Shown here: positions 30,590 through 40,501 of the stretch, piece by piece
How positions within the stretch are numbered: the stretch's first letter is position 1
How the letters are laid out: every line of letters starts with the position of its first letter
Source: an uncultured virus (IMG/VR IMGVR_UViG_3300009159_008407)
Lineage: Duplodnaviria > Heunggongvirae > Uroviricota > Caudoviricetes
Reading direction: 5' to 3' (one strand)
DNA: 64,000 nucleotides
Virus record (IMG/VR): IMGVR_UViG_3300009159_008407
The notes under the pieces: model-generated
The model's database searches: none
The model's input: the letters and a program-made list of their open reading frames with translations, nothing else
Told to the model about the DNA's origin: nothing
Translations under genes and position numbers: made by a program

Positions 30590-31407
30590 AATTTATCACA
30601 CATTTCAATAAAATTAGCTACCATCTTTAAATCTAGTTCCTGTACATCTAGACAATGATCTGTTACTTTATCTATTGTATCTATAGCCCATTGCTTTTCA
30701 TCTAACCCAAAAGCAATTCCATATTTATTAAATGGAAAATATTCTTTCCATAAATCTGATGGTGTTTTTGTATTAGGTATTACTATTGTAATACAACCAC
30801 ATAAAGCAGCAAGAGTTACCCAAAAACACTCATTATCATAACAATAAAAATATTTACACCTATTTAACATCTGAGCTGCTTCAATCCAATTGTTATCAAA
30901 CTTACTAAAGTCAACAGAGTTATCTGGGTGTTGTTTGGTGGTAATTCCCCCTTTCTTTATAAAAAACATTGACTCAATATCTCTTGTCTGATTTGTATTT
31001 TTAAATAAATCATAGTCAATAAACGTACACCTCATATGACCATCCACTCTATCTTCGTATTCAAAAAATGGTGAATATTTAAACACTAAATCAGTATCAA
31101 GTTTTTTATCATAATATCCCTTACCCACTCCTGCACATTTACCAGGTGTATTTAATATCCATCTAGCTACGTGTTTAAATTTAAAGGGGTTACCATGTAC
31201 AATTTCTGGATACACAACAACCCATTCATCTGCATTCATTTCCCTCCCACCTATAAATGGAGCATTTAATTTATGATGAGATTCTCTTGATGTAACATAA
31301 GCTTCACGACCTAATTTTATTATATCGTTACAGAGTTTATGCATAGCAACTATACCACCACTTGATGGCATAAAACATTCAATACTTACTAAAAATTTTT
31401 TTTTCAT
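30586..31407 (-). CDS. putative GT-B glycosyltransferase (WavQ-like)
   Basis: SGGIVAMHKL, VVYPEI..GNP, RWIL, YCYD, AALCGC. Confidence 0.65.
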   Translation of the reverse strand: MKKKFLVSIECFMPSSGGIVAMHKLCNDIIKLGREAYVTSRESHHKLNAPFIGGREMNADEWVVVYPEIVHGNPFKFKHVARWILNTPGKCAGVGKGYYDKKLDTDLVFKYSPFFEYEDRVDGHMRCTFIDYDLFKNTNQTRDIESMFFIKKGGITTKQHPDNSVDFSKFDNNWIEAAQMLNRCKYFYCYDNECFWVTLAALCGCITIVIPNTKTPSDLWKEYFPFNKYGIAFGLDEKQWAIDTIDKVTDHCLDVQELDLKMVANFIEMCDKL

Positions 31408-32096
31408 AAATTACCCCATTTGCTATAAAATACACCAGCTTGTTTATGTGTCATTGAATTTAATTTTTCTTTATTTGTAACTGTATCATGTGAACTACTA
31501 TTATCATGATAAACTCGTGATGATACAACTAAAGCATGCTTTACATTATTAGCTTCTAGCGTCTTACCATAGTCATTATCCTGATACCAAAATGCAAATG
31601 CTTCATCAAATAATTTGCATTTATCTAGTATACTTCTATGTAAAACTATACACCAACCAGCTATTTCATGTGCAGCTCTATAGCCGAAATAACTGTTATT
31701 ATTACCCGCTAACCCATGAATTGGGTGCCAGTTAGGTTCATACGGAGATAAAGATAAAACATCTGGATTATCTTTTTGAAATATCATTAATTTTGTAAAC
31801 CAATTTTTTGTAAAAATGACATCATTATTTGATATTACTATCCAGTCAGATTCTGTTTTAGTTAAACCAAAATTTAAAAATCTATTATAATTAAATTCTT
31901 CATTAGGTGTTATAACAGTTGAATTATGATATAAAAATCCCTTGTCTAAATAGTTTGTATTTGTTTCAACAATTATCTCATTAAATTTATAAGAAGTTTC
32001 ACTAGCTCTTAGTGTGTTTAATGCTCTCGTTGTTAGACCGTAATGTTTAAAATCTGTTGTATTAGATAATATAATTATATCTATTGTTTTACTCAT
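31404..32096 (-). CDS. GT2-family glycosyltransferase
   Basis: FNYNRFLNFG, SNNDV, FDE..FWYQDND. Confidence 0.8.
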   Translation of the reverse strand: MSKTIDIIILSNTTDFKHYGLTTRALNTLRASETSYKFNEIIVETNTNYLDKGFLYHNSTVITPNEEFNYNRFLNFGLTKTESDWIVISNNDVIFTKNWFTKLMIFQKDNPDVLSLSPYEPNWHPIHGLAGNNNSYFGYRAAHEIAGWCIVLHRSILDKCKLFDEAFAFWYQDNDYGKTLEANNVKHALVVSSRVYHDNSSSHDTVTNKEKLNSMTHKQAGVFYSKWGNL

Positions 32097-32098
32097 AA

Positions 32099-32818
32099 TT
32101 ATAATAACTCCTTTACATCTTTATAGTATTGTATTCTTACTTGTTCACCTATTGTCTTTAACATTTTATTTGGGTGTGTACCACCAAAATCGACATCTGT
32201 GTCACCTTTTGTTGCATCATATGATTGAACCCGCCATGACATACCTTCATAATGTATAAATTTTTTATATCTTAAATCAAAATCTCCAATTAATAACTCA
32301 TTATTGATTACATCTTCAAACATCGTTGAACCTATGTTATAAACTTTATCGTTGGTCAGTCTACTTAATTTAGTTCGCTCTTCATCAAAAAATTTTATTC
32401 CAAATTTGTTTAAATTTTCACTATCAATAAAACAAAAACTAGGGTCAACTCTAGGATATAATTGCTTACCACCTTCATTATATACCACACGACCAGCTAG
32501 AGTTAAATTATTATCTACAAATTTATTAAAAATACCTGATATATCGGATGTTATAATAACATCTGAATCTAATAATAAAACATATTTGGTTGTTATTTGT
32601 TGTAGTCCAAAATTTACACCACGACCGTGAACTTCACCCTTAAAGTTTAAAAATTTAATACCATTTTCAATTAATATTTTTTCAGAATTATCATCAGATG
32701 ATGTATTAATAACTACAAATTCAACATCCAAACAACTATATTTATCAATAGATTTTTTTAAATTTACAATCAAATCTGGTGTATTATAATTACAAGTTAA
32801 AATAGTGAGATTATGCAT
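32099..32818 (-). CDS. GT2-family glycosyltransferase
   Basis: TCNYNT, HGRGVN, LLLDSDV. Confidence 0.78.
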   Translation of the reverse strand: MHNLTILTCNYNTPDLIVNLKKSIDKYSCLDVEFVVINTSSDDNSEKILIENGIKFLNFKGEVHGRGVNFGLQQITTKYVLLLDSDVIITSDISGIFNKFVDNNLTLAGRVVYNEGGKQLYPRVDPSFCFIDSENLNKFGIKFFDEERTKLSRLTNDKVYNIGSTMFEDVINNELLIGDFDLRYKKFIHYEGMSWRVQSYDATKGDTDVDFGGTHPNKMLKTIGEQVRIQYYKDVKELL

Positions 32819-32820
32819 AT

Positions 32821-33600
32821 TCAAAAAATTTGTTTTATTAGCTTTAATTTGTTTGTTATACATTCAGTTGTAGCAAGAGGTATATGTGTGGGTATAAACT
32901 GGTGTTTGTTTGCGAATATATTCATAGCTTCTTGTACTTTCTGACTGTGATCTGGTTTTGACGAAATTGTGGATTTTTCTATACACCACTCTTCATCGCC
33001 TAAATATTCCCAGGAATTTTCAATATCAGCAAAATACCAAAAAGGTGGATGCATATCAGCTTTTATAATCCTATAAGTATGATCTACATGTTCAAATGCA
33101 TTATAATATGCTTCATCAATTAACCCTACCTGCTTTATACATGTTCGAGTATAAAAGGAAAATGCTCCTACGCAGTGAGGGTATAACGGTAGCTTAATTT
33201 TACCATAATCAATTATTACTCTTGGATTAGGTTTACCACCTGGCCACGATTTATTCATCATACCATGTTGCGAGAAATTGAAATGTTGTATACCTGTGAT
33301 TTTTGAAGCTTCAATATATCGCTCAAAAACAGACATATCTTTGATAAATATATCATCTTCAATCAAAAATAAATAATCACATCCTTTTTCCATGAGATAT
33401 GATAATGCTTTATTTTTTGACTTACCAACACCTAGGTTAGTTTTATTTTCAATCAATTTACCGTTACCGATATCAAATGGTAACGGATTACCATCATTTA
33501 CTACTACAACCTCATCTATCTGCGCAGGTATCAATGAATTAATACACTTGCGTAAAAGCTCTGGTCTATTATAGGTTATAATACCTACCCCAATTTTCAT
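32821..33600 (-). CDS. GT2-family glycosyltransferase
   Basis: IITYNR, VVVNDG, GVGKSKN, IEDD, EHVD. Confidence 0.85.
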   Translation of the reverse strand: MKIGVGIITYNRPELLRKCINSLIPAQIDEVVVVNDGNPLPFDIGNGKLIENKTNLGVGKSKNKALSYLMEKGCDYLFLIEDDIFIKDMSVFERYIEASKITGIQHFNFSQHGMMNKSWPGGKPNPRVIIDYGKIKLPLYPHCVGAFSFYTRTCIKQVGLIDEAYYNAFEHVDHTYRIIKADMHPPFWYFADIENSWEYLGDEEWCIEKSTISSKPDHSQKVQEAMNIFANKHQFIPTHIPLATTECITNKLKLIKQIF

Positions 33601-33648
33601 ATTTTAATTTAATATACAATCGATTGAATTCAACATAAATATATTTGT

Positions 33649-34308
33649 ATGCAGACAAATGGTAAAGATATTTACGTGAACATCAAAGAGCTACCTCTTA
33701 TCAATCAAGTACAAGCTGGTGATTTTTTTATTGTTGAAACAACAGCTGGGACTAATATTGTAGATTTTTCTAATATTATTATACCACCTGAAAACACCAC
33801 TTTTTACGGTGAAATTGAACAACTTCAAACTGATGTAAATGCTTTATCAACTCTTTATGTTTTGCAAAATGCATTAATCGCTACTGTATCAGGCATTTTA
33901 GATACTAAAATTGACACTGTATCTGCGGAACTCACCACTCAAGTTGAAAACTTATCCACTGTATATTATCAAAACTTTCTATTTGTACAAGGAGGTGGTA
34001 CATGGCGCGCTAGTGCAGATTCCCTTGCATCACAACAAGGTGTAAGATGCTCTTATCAGAGAAATGATGTAGGCAATTATACTATATTTTTTAATGATAC
34101 TATTGCTGCGTGTAATGCTTCATCAGACCGAGATGTTACAATTGTTACTAGTGTAGCTGAAAACATAGCGACAATTGAAACCTACAACCTTTCGTATGTA
34201 TTTGATGTATCAGGTGGATCTAGTGCATTTTCACCTATTACTGCAATCGATACAACTTTACTTAGAGAACCAGCAGATGCTCTGCTATTAACTGTAATAG
34301 CATTCTAA
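33649..34308 (+). CDS. putative virion fibre/structural protein
   Basis: TAAATA upstream; IKELP..GDFFIV N-terminus, coiled-coil, GNYTIFF. Confidence 0.5.
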   Translation: MQTNGKDIYVNIKELPLINQVQAGDFFIVETTAGTNIVDFSNIIIPPENTTFYGEIEQLQTDVNALSTLYVLQNALIATVSGILDTKIDTVSAELTTQVENLSTVYYQNFLFVQGGGTWRASADSLASQQGVRCSYQRNDVGNYTIFFNDTIAACNASSDRDVTIVTSVAENIATIETYNLSYVFDVSGGSSAFSPITAIDTTLLREPADALLLTVIAF

Positions 34309-34310
34309 TA

Positions 34311-35048
34311 TTACTTTGTTTTTTTAATCTCGTCAGTTAGCTTAATAATTTCATCATCGTGAGTTTTTTGCTCTTTTTGATCTTTGAGTAATTGCTCCAT
34401 AATCTCTAACTGTTCACTACTAAAGATACTATGCTCTTCACCGTAAGGATCACCGCTTTCACTAACGTAATCTCCAATAGTTAAAAGTCTGTTTTCTCTT
34501 GAACCATAAACATCAATAACACAAGGTGAATCATTTTTAGGCCAAAATACATCAGCATCAAAATTAGTTTTAAATTGATCAATAATATCTTTAAATATTT
34601 GATCAATTTGATCCCTATAGATGATACTTACATCTCTAAATTCATCATCAACGATACCAAAATCACATTTATCAGCAGGTATATAAAAGATAATATCGAT
34701 ATTTCTCATCGACTCTTTTACCATATCAATAGTTTCATCGACAAACTTACCTTCAATAGAACCAGGGTGATGTCTATATGCCCAAAGAGTATATACAAGA
34801 TTATCTAAGAGACAGCGATCATAAACAATTTTATCACCTTGTTTATTTTTCTTGATCTCACCATACATCCAATCACGGATTATACGTTGGGTTTCTTGAG
34901 TTGTGTTTGAAGAATGGGTAAGTTTATTCTCTTTAATTACATCTCTATAACCTTTATCTAAAGTTTTATATTGTGGCCAACATGTTAAAAAGTCTTTTAC
35001 TAAAGTTGACTTACCTGTGTTTTGAGCTCCGGAAAACGCGATACGCAT
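34311..35048 (-). CDS. P-loop nucleotide kinase (paralog of 13163..13723)
   Basis: GAQNTGKST, DRCLLDNLVY, DDEFR. Confidence 0.8.
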   Translation of the reverse strand: MRIAFSGAQNTGKSTLVKDFLTCWPQYKTLDKGYRDVIKENKLTHSSNTTQETQRIIRDWMYGEIKKNKQGDKIVYDRCLLDNLVYTLWAYRHHPGSIEGKFVDETIDMVKESMRNIDIIFYIPADKCDFGIVDDEFRDVSIIYRDQIDQIFKDIIDQFKTNFDADVFWPKNDSPCVIDVYGSRENRLLTIGDYVSESGDPYGEEHSIFSSEQLEIMEQLLKDQKEQKTHDDEIIKLTDEIKKTK

Positions 35049-35087
35049 AATCTTATATAATAGTGTCAGTTAAAAATTCAATACCGT

Positions 35088-35444
35088 TTATTTGAGTGTT
35101 AACAAATAAAGTAAATGATTAAATTCACCCTCAATTTCATCCTTTAAATTGAGCAAATCGTTATCTTGTTCAGTAAGAGCATCAGAAAGTTCAGACATTA
35201 GTTGGTCTCTATAGTCTTTAATTGTAGTTGCAAGCTCAGGCTTGTATGTGAAAGCTTTAAATTTATACTCTATCTGATCTGTAGGTCTACCGTATTTGCC
35301 GTAATATGTTTCAATTAGTTTATCAAATAAACCATCTAAGGATTCATAAGCTTCACCTAAAGCTTTATGTTCAGCATAACTACGAGTCTGCCAGTGAAAG
35401 ATTTTAATCTGATTTAAGATTACTAAAAATGGGGTTATTTTCAT
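35088..35444 (-). CDS. ferritin/Dps-like four-helix protein (DUF5856-like)
   Basis: HWQT.SYAEHKAL..YE, D..IE, DE, LYLLTL. Confidence 0.75.
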   Translation of the reverse strand: MKITPFLVILNQIKIFHWQTRSYAEHKALGEAYESLDGLFDKLIETYYGKYGRPTDQIEYKFKAFTYKPELATTIKDYRDQLMSELSDALTEQDNDLLNLKDEIEGEFNHLLYLLTLK

Positions 35445-35447
35445 TTG

Positions 35448-36068
35448 TTATTTAGTTATATTGTAAATGTAGTGATCAGACGTTTGTATTTTGCGATTAT
35501 TCTCTACAGAATATATATTCGTATCAATAATATATCCAGGATTTTTTTCAATGCGATTTTTAATCCAAGCATCATCATACCAAATTATCCTATTGTTTGG
35601 GTATGCAAAAAAATTACCTTCATCCATTTTAAAAACATGAGCACATTTATGCTCTGGTGTTTCAGAAAAATTAAAGTCTGTATTAGCTTTATTTTCCCAA
35701 GACCAATCCAAAGTAAACATATATGTACCTTCTAACTTTTTTTGCTTATAGGTTATCAATTCAGCTCTGAGACCAGCAAGTCTATGTCTTACTTGCACAT
35801 CAACATATGGAGAAAAACAATCCCAATACATATGTTCGTTAAGTGGTCGAACTGGAGCATCTTTTTTCCAGCAAAATGCAGTGATAGGTCTACGAGTCCA
35901 ATTAACACCATTTTCTAAAAATGCTTCAAAAAGTGGTACTCGTTTTTCAATTGAAGCAACGCTATGCACATCACATAATGTAAAATCATTATGACCTGTT
36001 AAATGATTAAACATATATTCATTACGAATATAGCATGTTATGGTTGGTATATTATGATTTAGATACAT
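35448..36068 (-). CDS. conserved hypothetical phage protein
   Basis: YLNHNIP, WDCFS, YMFTLDW, EHKC, AYPNNRI. Confidence 0.7.
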   Translation of the reverse strand: MYLNHNIPTITCYIRNEYMFNHLTGHNDFTLCDVHSVASIEKRVPLFEAFLENGVNWTRRPITAFCWKKDAPVRPLNEHMYWDCFSPYVDVQVRHRLAGLRAELITYKQKKLEGTYMFTLDWSWENKANTDFNFSETPEHKCAHVFKMDEGNFFAYPNNRIIWYDDAWIKNRIEKNPGYIIDTNIYSVENNRKIQTSDHYIYNITK

Positions 36069-36071
36069 ATA

Positions 36072-36830
36072 TTAAACTTTTAGTGCACGATCCCAAACCA
36101 ACAAATGAAGTCGTGGACTAAAATTAACGTTCATTGCTTTTGCATATTCTGCAACTGCTGGGGCTTTCTCAATATGTTCTTGCCGAGAACCACAACAAGG
36201 CATAAACCAAATTCGTGATGTTAACACATTAATACCTTTATCATCTTTAACATATTTACTCCAAATTTCTTCAATATCTTTATCAGAAGAAACAACAAAT
36301 TTAAATCCAGATCCATGAACTGCATGCCATCTCAATACTTCTGGCTTATAAGTTTTATCTTCAGGATCACCATTATGTCTAAGTTTAGGTGATGTGGTGA
36401 ATGTAGCATCAAATATATCTTTCCATATTGGATCTGGAATTAATGTTGCATTAGTTTCAAAATCAATAAGTGGACACATACCGAGTTTTTCTACTAAGTA
36501 CTCAACAAATTTAATTAATTGTTTTTCTTGAATAAGAGGTTCACCTCCAGTTAATTTTAAAATTGCACCATTCCTAAGTCTATCTGCAAAATTTTGATTA
36601 ACAAAAAATTCTTCCCAAATATCTTTGAATGACATTTTATTTTTTACTGACCATGAGACATATGAATCACAACCATGAGGTGAGCTTTCTGATGCAAAAC
36701 CTTTGCAAGTTAAGTTACACATCGACATTCTCATAAACACAGAAGGCTGCCCAATGTATTCACCTTCTCCCTCTAAAGTATAAAACAATTTATCGTCAGA
36801 TAAAAATATAGTTTCGTTTTCTAAATCCAT
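36072..36830 (-). CDS. queE: 7-carboxy-7-deazaguanine synthase (radical SAM)
   Basis: FYTLEGEG, CNLTC...CDS, TGGEP, ETN, SPK, PRLH. Confidence 0.9.
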   Translation of the reverse strand: MDLENETIFLSDDKLFYTLEGEGEYIGQPSVFMRMSMCNLTCKGFASESSPHGCDSYVSWSVKNKMSFKDIWEEFFVNQNFADRLRNGAILKLTGGEPLIQEKQLIKFVEYLVEKLGMCPLIDFETNATLIPDPIWKDIFDATFTTSPKLRHNGDPEDKTYKPEVLRWHAVHGSGFKFVVSSDKDIEEIWSKYVKDDKGINVLTSRIWFMPCCGSRQEHIEKAPAVAEYAKAMNVNFSPRLHLLVWDRALKV

Positions 36831-36896
36831 ATTTATATTATAATTGACACTTTCAAAAACTCAACATTTTTACTGTAAAATACTCTAAATATTTGT

Positions 36897-37673
36897 ATGA
36901 CCAAAAAACCTCGACGTCGGGATGAAAATCCTGAGTTAGTTGCAGAAATTTATGAAAACATTAATAAAAATGCTGTACTAAATTATGAGATAAAAACACC
37001 GTTCCAGTTTAATGATAAACATAAAGAGTTTTTGCAGTTATTACAGACAAATAAAACGAAAATGGTATTTGTAGACGGACCTGCAGGTACAGCTAAGACA
37101 TATATTGCTGTCTTAGCTGGTTTACATCTTTTAAAAGAACATTATATTGATCAAATTTTTTATATCAGATCAATTGTAGAATCTGCATCAAAGCAGATGG
37201 GATCACTTCCTGGTGAAGTAAATGATAAATTTTTACCGTGGTCAATGCCACTAATTGAAAAAATTACAGAAATTAGCAGCAAATCTACAGCTGATAACCT
37301 CTATAAAAGTGAGATGATTAAAGGTATACCTGTTAACTATTGTCGTGGTCTTACCTTTAATCGATCTCTTGTAATCGTTGATGAATCACAAAATTTAAGT
37401 AAAGAAGAACTAACTACCATTCTTACTAGATTTGGACATAAATCCAAGTACGTAATCGTTGGTGACACATTTCAAACAGATATTAGAAATTCTGGATTTA
37501 GAGATGTGCTCAACGCATTCAATACACCATTTAGTAAAGATAATGAGATCTATTGCTTAAAGTTTGGTATAAACGAAATTGTACGTTCTGAAATACTAAA
37601 ACATATTGTTAAAGTATTAGAAGGTATACCTAAATATCATCCCCACCTCGTTCCAGCAAATAATCCTGAGTAA
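36897..37673 (+). CDS. phoH: PhoH-family ATPase
   Basis: GPAGTAKT, LPG, RGLTF, DESQN, TRFG, GD..Q.D, IVRS. Confidence 0.92.
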   Translation: MTKKPRRRDENPELVAEIYENINKNAVLNYEIKTPFQFNDKHKEFLQLLQTNKTKMVFVDGPAGTAKTYIAVLAGLHLLKEHYIDQIFYIRSIVESASKQMGSLPGEVNDKFLPWSMPLIEKITEISSKSTADNLYKSEMIKGIPVNYCRGLTFNRSLVIVDESQNLSKEELTTILTRFGHKSKYVIVGDTFQTDIRNSGFRDVLNAFNTPFSKDNEIYCLKFGINEIVRSEILKHIVKVLEGIPKYHPHLVPANNPE

Positions 37674-38311
37674 TTACCACTAGTTGCTCGCTTACCTACT
37701 GGAGCTGCATTACTTTCTGTAGCTACCTGTTCTTTTTCTACTTCAGCTACCTGTTGTTCTACATGTTGCTGTGCTTTTTTAGCTTCATTTTCAAGATATG
37801 TTTTTACAATAGCTTCAGCATCTTCTGTAGTTGGTGTAAAAATTGAATTATCTACATAACGAGGATTAGAATAAATTGCTGAGTTTCTATCATGTTCAAA
37901 TACTTCAACTTTTTCAACCCAACGTAGTTCACCATATTTTGATTTTAAATAATTAGTTGCAACTTCGAAGCAAATTTCAGCAACTCTTTCAGCACCAACA
38001 CCTCTTTCGAAAATACGAAGATCAACAATACCTTTTTCATTAAGGGCTTTAAAATCTTCTAGATGAGGATCATCTGCTGCTACACAAAGAGTATGATCAA
38101 AGATACCATTTAATGTATTTTTAATCTCATCAAGTTCACCAAAGTCAATAATCCAATTACGACCATCTAAAAATGGACCTGCGAAATTAAACTTTGCTTT
38201 TAATTCATAACCATGAATTTTTGAACAATGACTATGTGTTGCTCTCCACTGACGGAATGCACAAGAACCAAGACTAATTAATTTTGTTGAAGAATATATA
38301 CTGCTACTCAT
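37637..38311 (-). CDS. queD: 6-carboxytetrahydropterin synthase
   Basis: SHCSKIHGY, WIIDFG, FDHT, GAE, EVFEH. Confidence 0.85.
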   Translation of the reverse strand: MSSSIYSSTKLISLGSCAFRQWRATHSHCSKIHGYELKAKFNFAGPFLDGRNWIIDFGELDEIKNTLNGIFDHTLCVAADDPHLEDFKALNEKGIVDLRIFERGVGAERVAEICFEVATNYLKSKYGELRWVEKVEVFEHDRNSAIYSNPRYVDNSIFTPTTEDAEAIVKTYLENEAKKAQQHVEQQVAEVEKEQVATESNAAPVGKRATSGNYSGLFAGTRWG

Positions 38312-38459
38312 ACATTTATTATAGCTGGTATTTTTATCTTTTCAACTTTTTTTTTATTAGATGTTATGACTTTATTTAATATGGTATGAGATCAAAAATC
38401 AACTGACTATTTTTTTATTATTTTTATCTTGAATATTGTAATTAATAAGCCATAATATA

Positions 38460-39071
38460 GTGAATATGAGTCAAAAATATGATATTAAACAAGCAGAGCA
38501 AGCTTACGGTCAATTTCTAAGTGCACTTGGCTTCGATTGGCAAAATCATCCGCATATGGAAGATACACCTCGTCGAGTTACTAAAGCATGGGTTAACGAT
38601 CTAGCAGCAGGTTGCTTTATGGATGAACCTAAAATTACTGCATTTACTAATGATGGTCAATATGATGGTATGGTATGTCAAACTAATATACCTGTTGTGA
38701 GTATGTGTGCACATCATAACTTACCTTTCTTTGGATATGCTCACGTAGCTTATCTACCAGATCCAGATGGTAAAGTAATTGGTTTATCTAAACTAAATCG
38801 TATTGTTGATTATTTTTCACGCAGACCTTCTGTACAAGAAAATTTAACGATGAGTATTCACAAATATATTAGTGATTTATGTATTAATAATAAAGGTGTT
38901 GCAATTATGGTTGAAGCAAATCATACTTGTTGTTCTTTGAGAGGTATTAAACAAAATTCAACTATGCGTACAGCTCGTATGTCTGGTTCATTCCATGAGA
39001 CGGGTGATAATAGTAGAAATGAATTTTATAAATTTATTGAATTTGCTCAAGGTAGTAGATCTTTGGTTTAG
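38460..39071 (+). CDS. folE: GTP cyclohydrolase I
   Basis: DTPRRV, SMCAHHNLPF, GLSKLNR, VQE, HTCCSLRG. Confidence 0.95.
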   Translation: MNMSQKYDIKQAEQAYGQFLSALGFDWQNHPHMEDTPRRVTKAWVNDLAAGCFMDEPKITAFTNDGQYDGMVCQTNIPVVSMCAHHNLPFFGYAHVAYLPDPDGKVIGLSKLNRIVDYFSRRPSVQENLTMSIHKYISDLCINNKGVAIMVEANHTCCSLRGIKQNSTMRTARMSGSFHETGDNSRNEFYKFIEFAQGSRSLV

Positions 39072-39092
39072 GAAATAAAATATAATTCAGTT

Positions 39093-39635
39093 ATGAATAT
39101 TTTTGTAACTGATAAAGATCCTGTTGTATCTGCAATCAATCTTTGCGATCAACATGCAAGATCTAAAATGATTATTGAGTCCTGCATTATGCTTCAAAAC
39201 GCATTTTCGCAGGACTCGTTGTCTCATGAGACATGTCCTAGAACTAAAGCTGGGTCAGTACGTCGTAGAGGTAAAGGTTATGCAAAGCATCAATGTACTC
39301 TTTGGACGATTGAATCTCAAGCAAATTTTGAGTGGTTACTTGACCATGCTCTTGCGATGGTTGATGAACGTAATTTTAGATGGGTTGGTAGCCCAGAACA
39401 TTTTAGTTCAATATTTTTAAAATGGTGTGATCAAAATCGAAATCATACTATTGTTGAGCAACGTGGTTTAACACCATTTACGGTTGCAATTAGTAAGGAT
39501 AGTAAATGCCGTCAAACTAAAGGTTTTGATAAGCTATCTGTTATTGATCAATATAAGCAATATATTATACACGATAAAGATTTTGCAACTTGGACAAAGA
39601 GAAAACAACCTTGTTGGTATCAGAAAATATCATAA
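39093..39635 (+). CDS. pyrimidine-dimer glycosylase/DenV-like protein
   Basis: MNIFVTD.DP..SA..LCD.H..KMI.E..ML, HQCT.W, Y.QY..K..FATW. Confidence 0.75.
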   Translation: MNIFVTDKDPVVSAINLCDQHARSKMIIESCIMLQNAFSQDSLSHETCPRTKAGSVRRRGKGYAKHQCTLWTIESQANFEWLLDHALAMVDERNFRWVGSPEHFSSIFLKWCDQNRNHTIVEQRGLTPFTVAISKDSKCRQTKGFDKLSVIDQYKQYIIHDKDFATWTKRKQPCWYQKIS

Positions 39636-39765
39636 GGAAAGTCGTTATAATAAAGGTGTAAAGAATGAAAGTAGTAATACAATTAATTTAATACAACTTC
39701 ACAAATTTACTAAAAAGTGCATTTTTGATGTGGATAATTAGGCCGTCTGATATAAATAATTTCAG

Positions 39766-39864
39766 ATGAACCAAAATCTAACATATCTCAAACAGCGCGC
39801 CTTTAGTAAAGGTTGCGAGGGATATGATTGGTCTATTCCGATGCCTCAATCGATTTTAAGATAA
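39766..39864 (+). CDS. 32-aa peptide at head of tRNA region
   Basis: TATAAATA (39751) 7 nt upstream of ATG; MNQNLTYLKQRAFSKGCEGYDWSIPMPQSILR. Confidence 0.4.
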   Translation: MNQNLTYLKQRAFSKGCEGYDWSIPMPQSILR

Positions 39865-39925
39865 TAATTAAAAAAGATAGTTGAGATAAAGGAAATAGAT
39901 TATAATATTAGAATAATAAATAAGG

Positions 39926-40062
39926 TTCACGACGAGGGATAACCAAAATAGCCCAAGAGCTCGCAGAATGCGACGGAGATGAAAGTCTACAGTGATTAAT
40001 AATAAAGAAAAATAGCATATGGGTTTGTAACGATATCGTGAAGTTGCCTGGTGTAGCCACCA
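39926..40062 (+). ncRNA. candidate structured RNA ending in CCA
   Basis: TTCACGA/TCGTGAA stem, TCGCA/TGCGA hairpin, TGGTG/CACCA hairpin. Confidence 0.35.
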
Positions 40063-40079
40063 AAAACTATCTATTTTAA

Positions 40080-40155
40080 CCCTGTGAAGCAAATCTGGAG
40101 ATTGCGCTCGCCTGAAGAGTGAGACGGTAAGGTTCGATTCCTTACACAGGGACCA
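40080..40155 (+). tRNA. tRNA-Phe(GAA)
   Basis: cloverleaf, loop CTGAAGA, encoded CCA. Confidence 0.9.
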
Positions 40156-40160
40156 TTTAT

Positions 40161-40248
40161 GGGGTAGCGCTGAAGTTGGAGAGTCAGGACAGACTGTAAA
40201 TCTGTAGCCTCTGCGGCTGAGTTGGTTCGAATCCAACCTACCCCACCA
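40161..40248 (+). tRNA. tRNA-Tyr(GTA)
   Basis: loop CTGTAAA, long variable arm, CCA. Confidence 0.92.
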
Positions 40249-40253
40249 TTTAT

Positions 40254-40320
40254 GTCGGCTTCTACCCGACCTCTGAAGTTCAGACTTTCGGTGATCTGAA
40301 GTAAAAGAAAACACCGTCCA
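40254..40320 (+). ncRNA. pseudoknotted CCA-terminated non-tRNA element A
   Basis: GTCGG/CCGAC hairpin; TTCAGA/TCTGAA stem whose loop CGGTG complements 3' CACCG; ends TCCA. Confidence 0.55.
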
Positions 40321-40326
40321 ATTTAT

Positions 40327-40418
40327 GGAAGAATGGCTGAGCCTGGTTTAAGGCGGCGCACTTGAAATGCGTTGAGGCCTAAAAACCTCCGTGAGTTCGA
40401 ATCTCACTTCTTCCTCCA
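40327..40418 (+). tRNA. tRNA-Ser(TGA)
   Basis: loop CTTGAAA, long variable arm, CCA. Confidence 0.93.
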
Positions 40419-40419
40419 T

Positions 40420-40493
40420 GCGTTATGGATGTGATGGCTGCATATGACCTTGCCAAGGTTATTGAATGGGCTCGAATCCCATATAACGCTCCA
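40420..40493 (+). tRNA. tRNA-Gly(GCC)
   Basis: loop TTGCCAA, U73, CCA. Confidence 0.85.
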
Positions 40494-40501
40494 ATTTTTA
40501 T

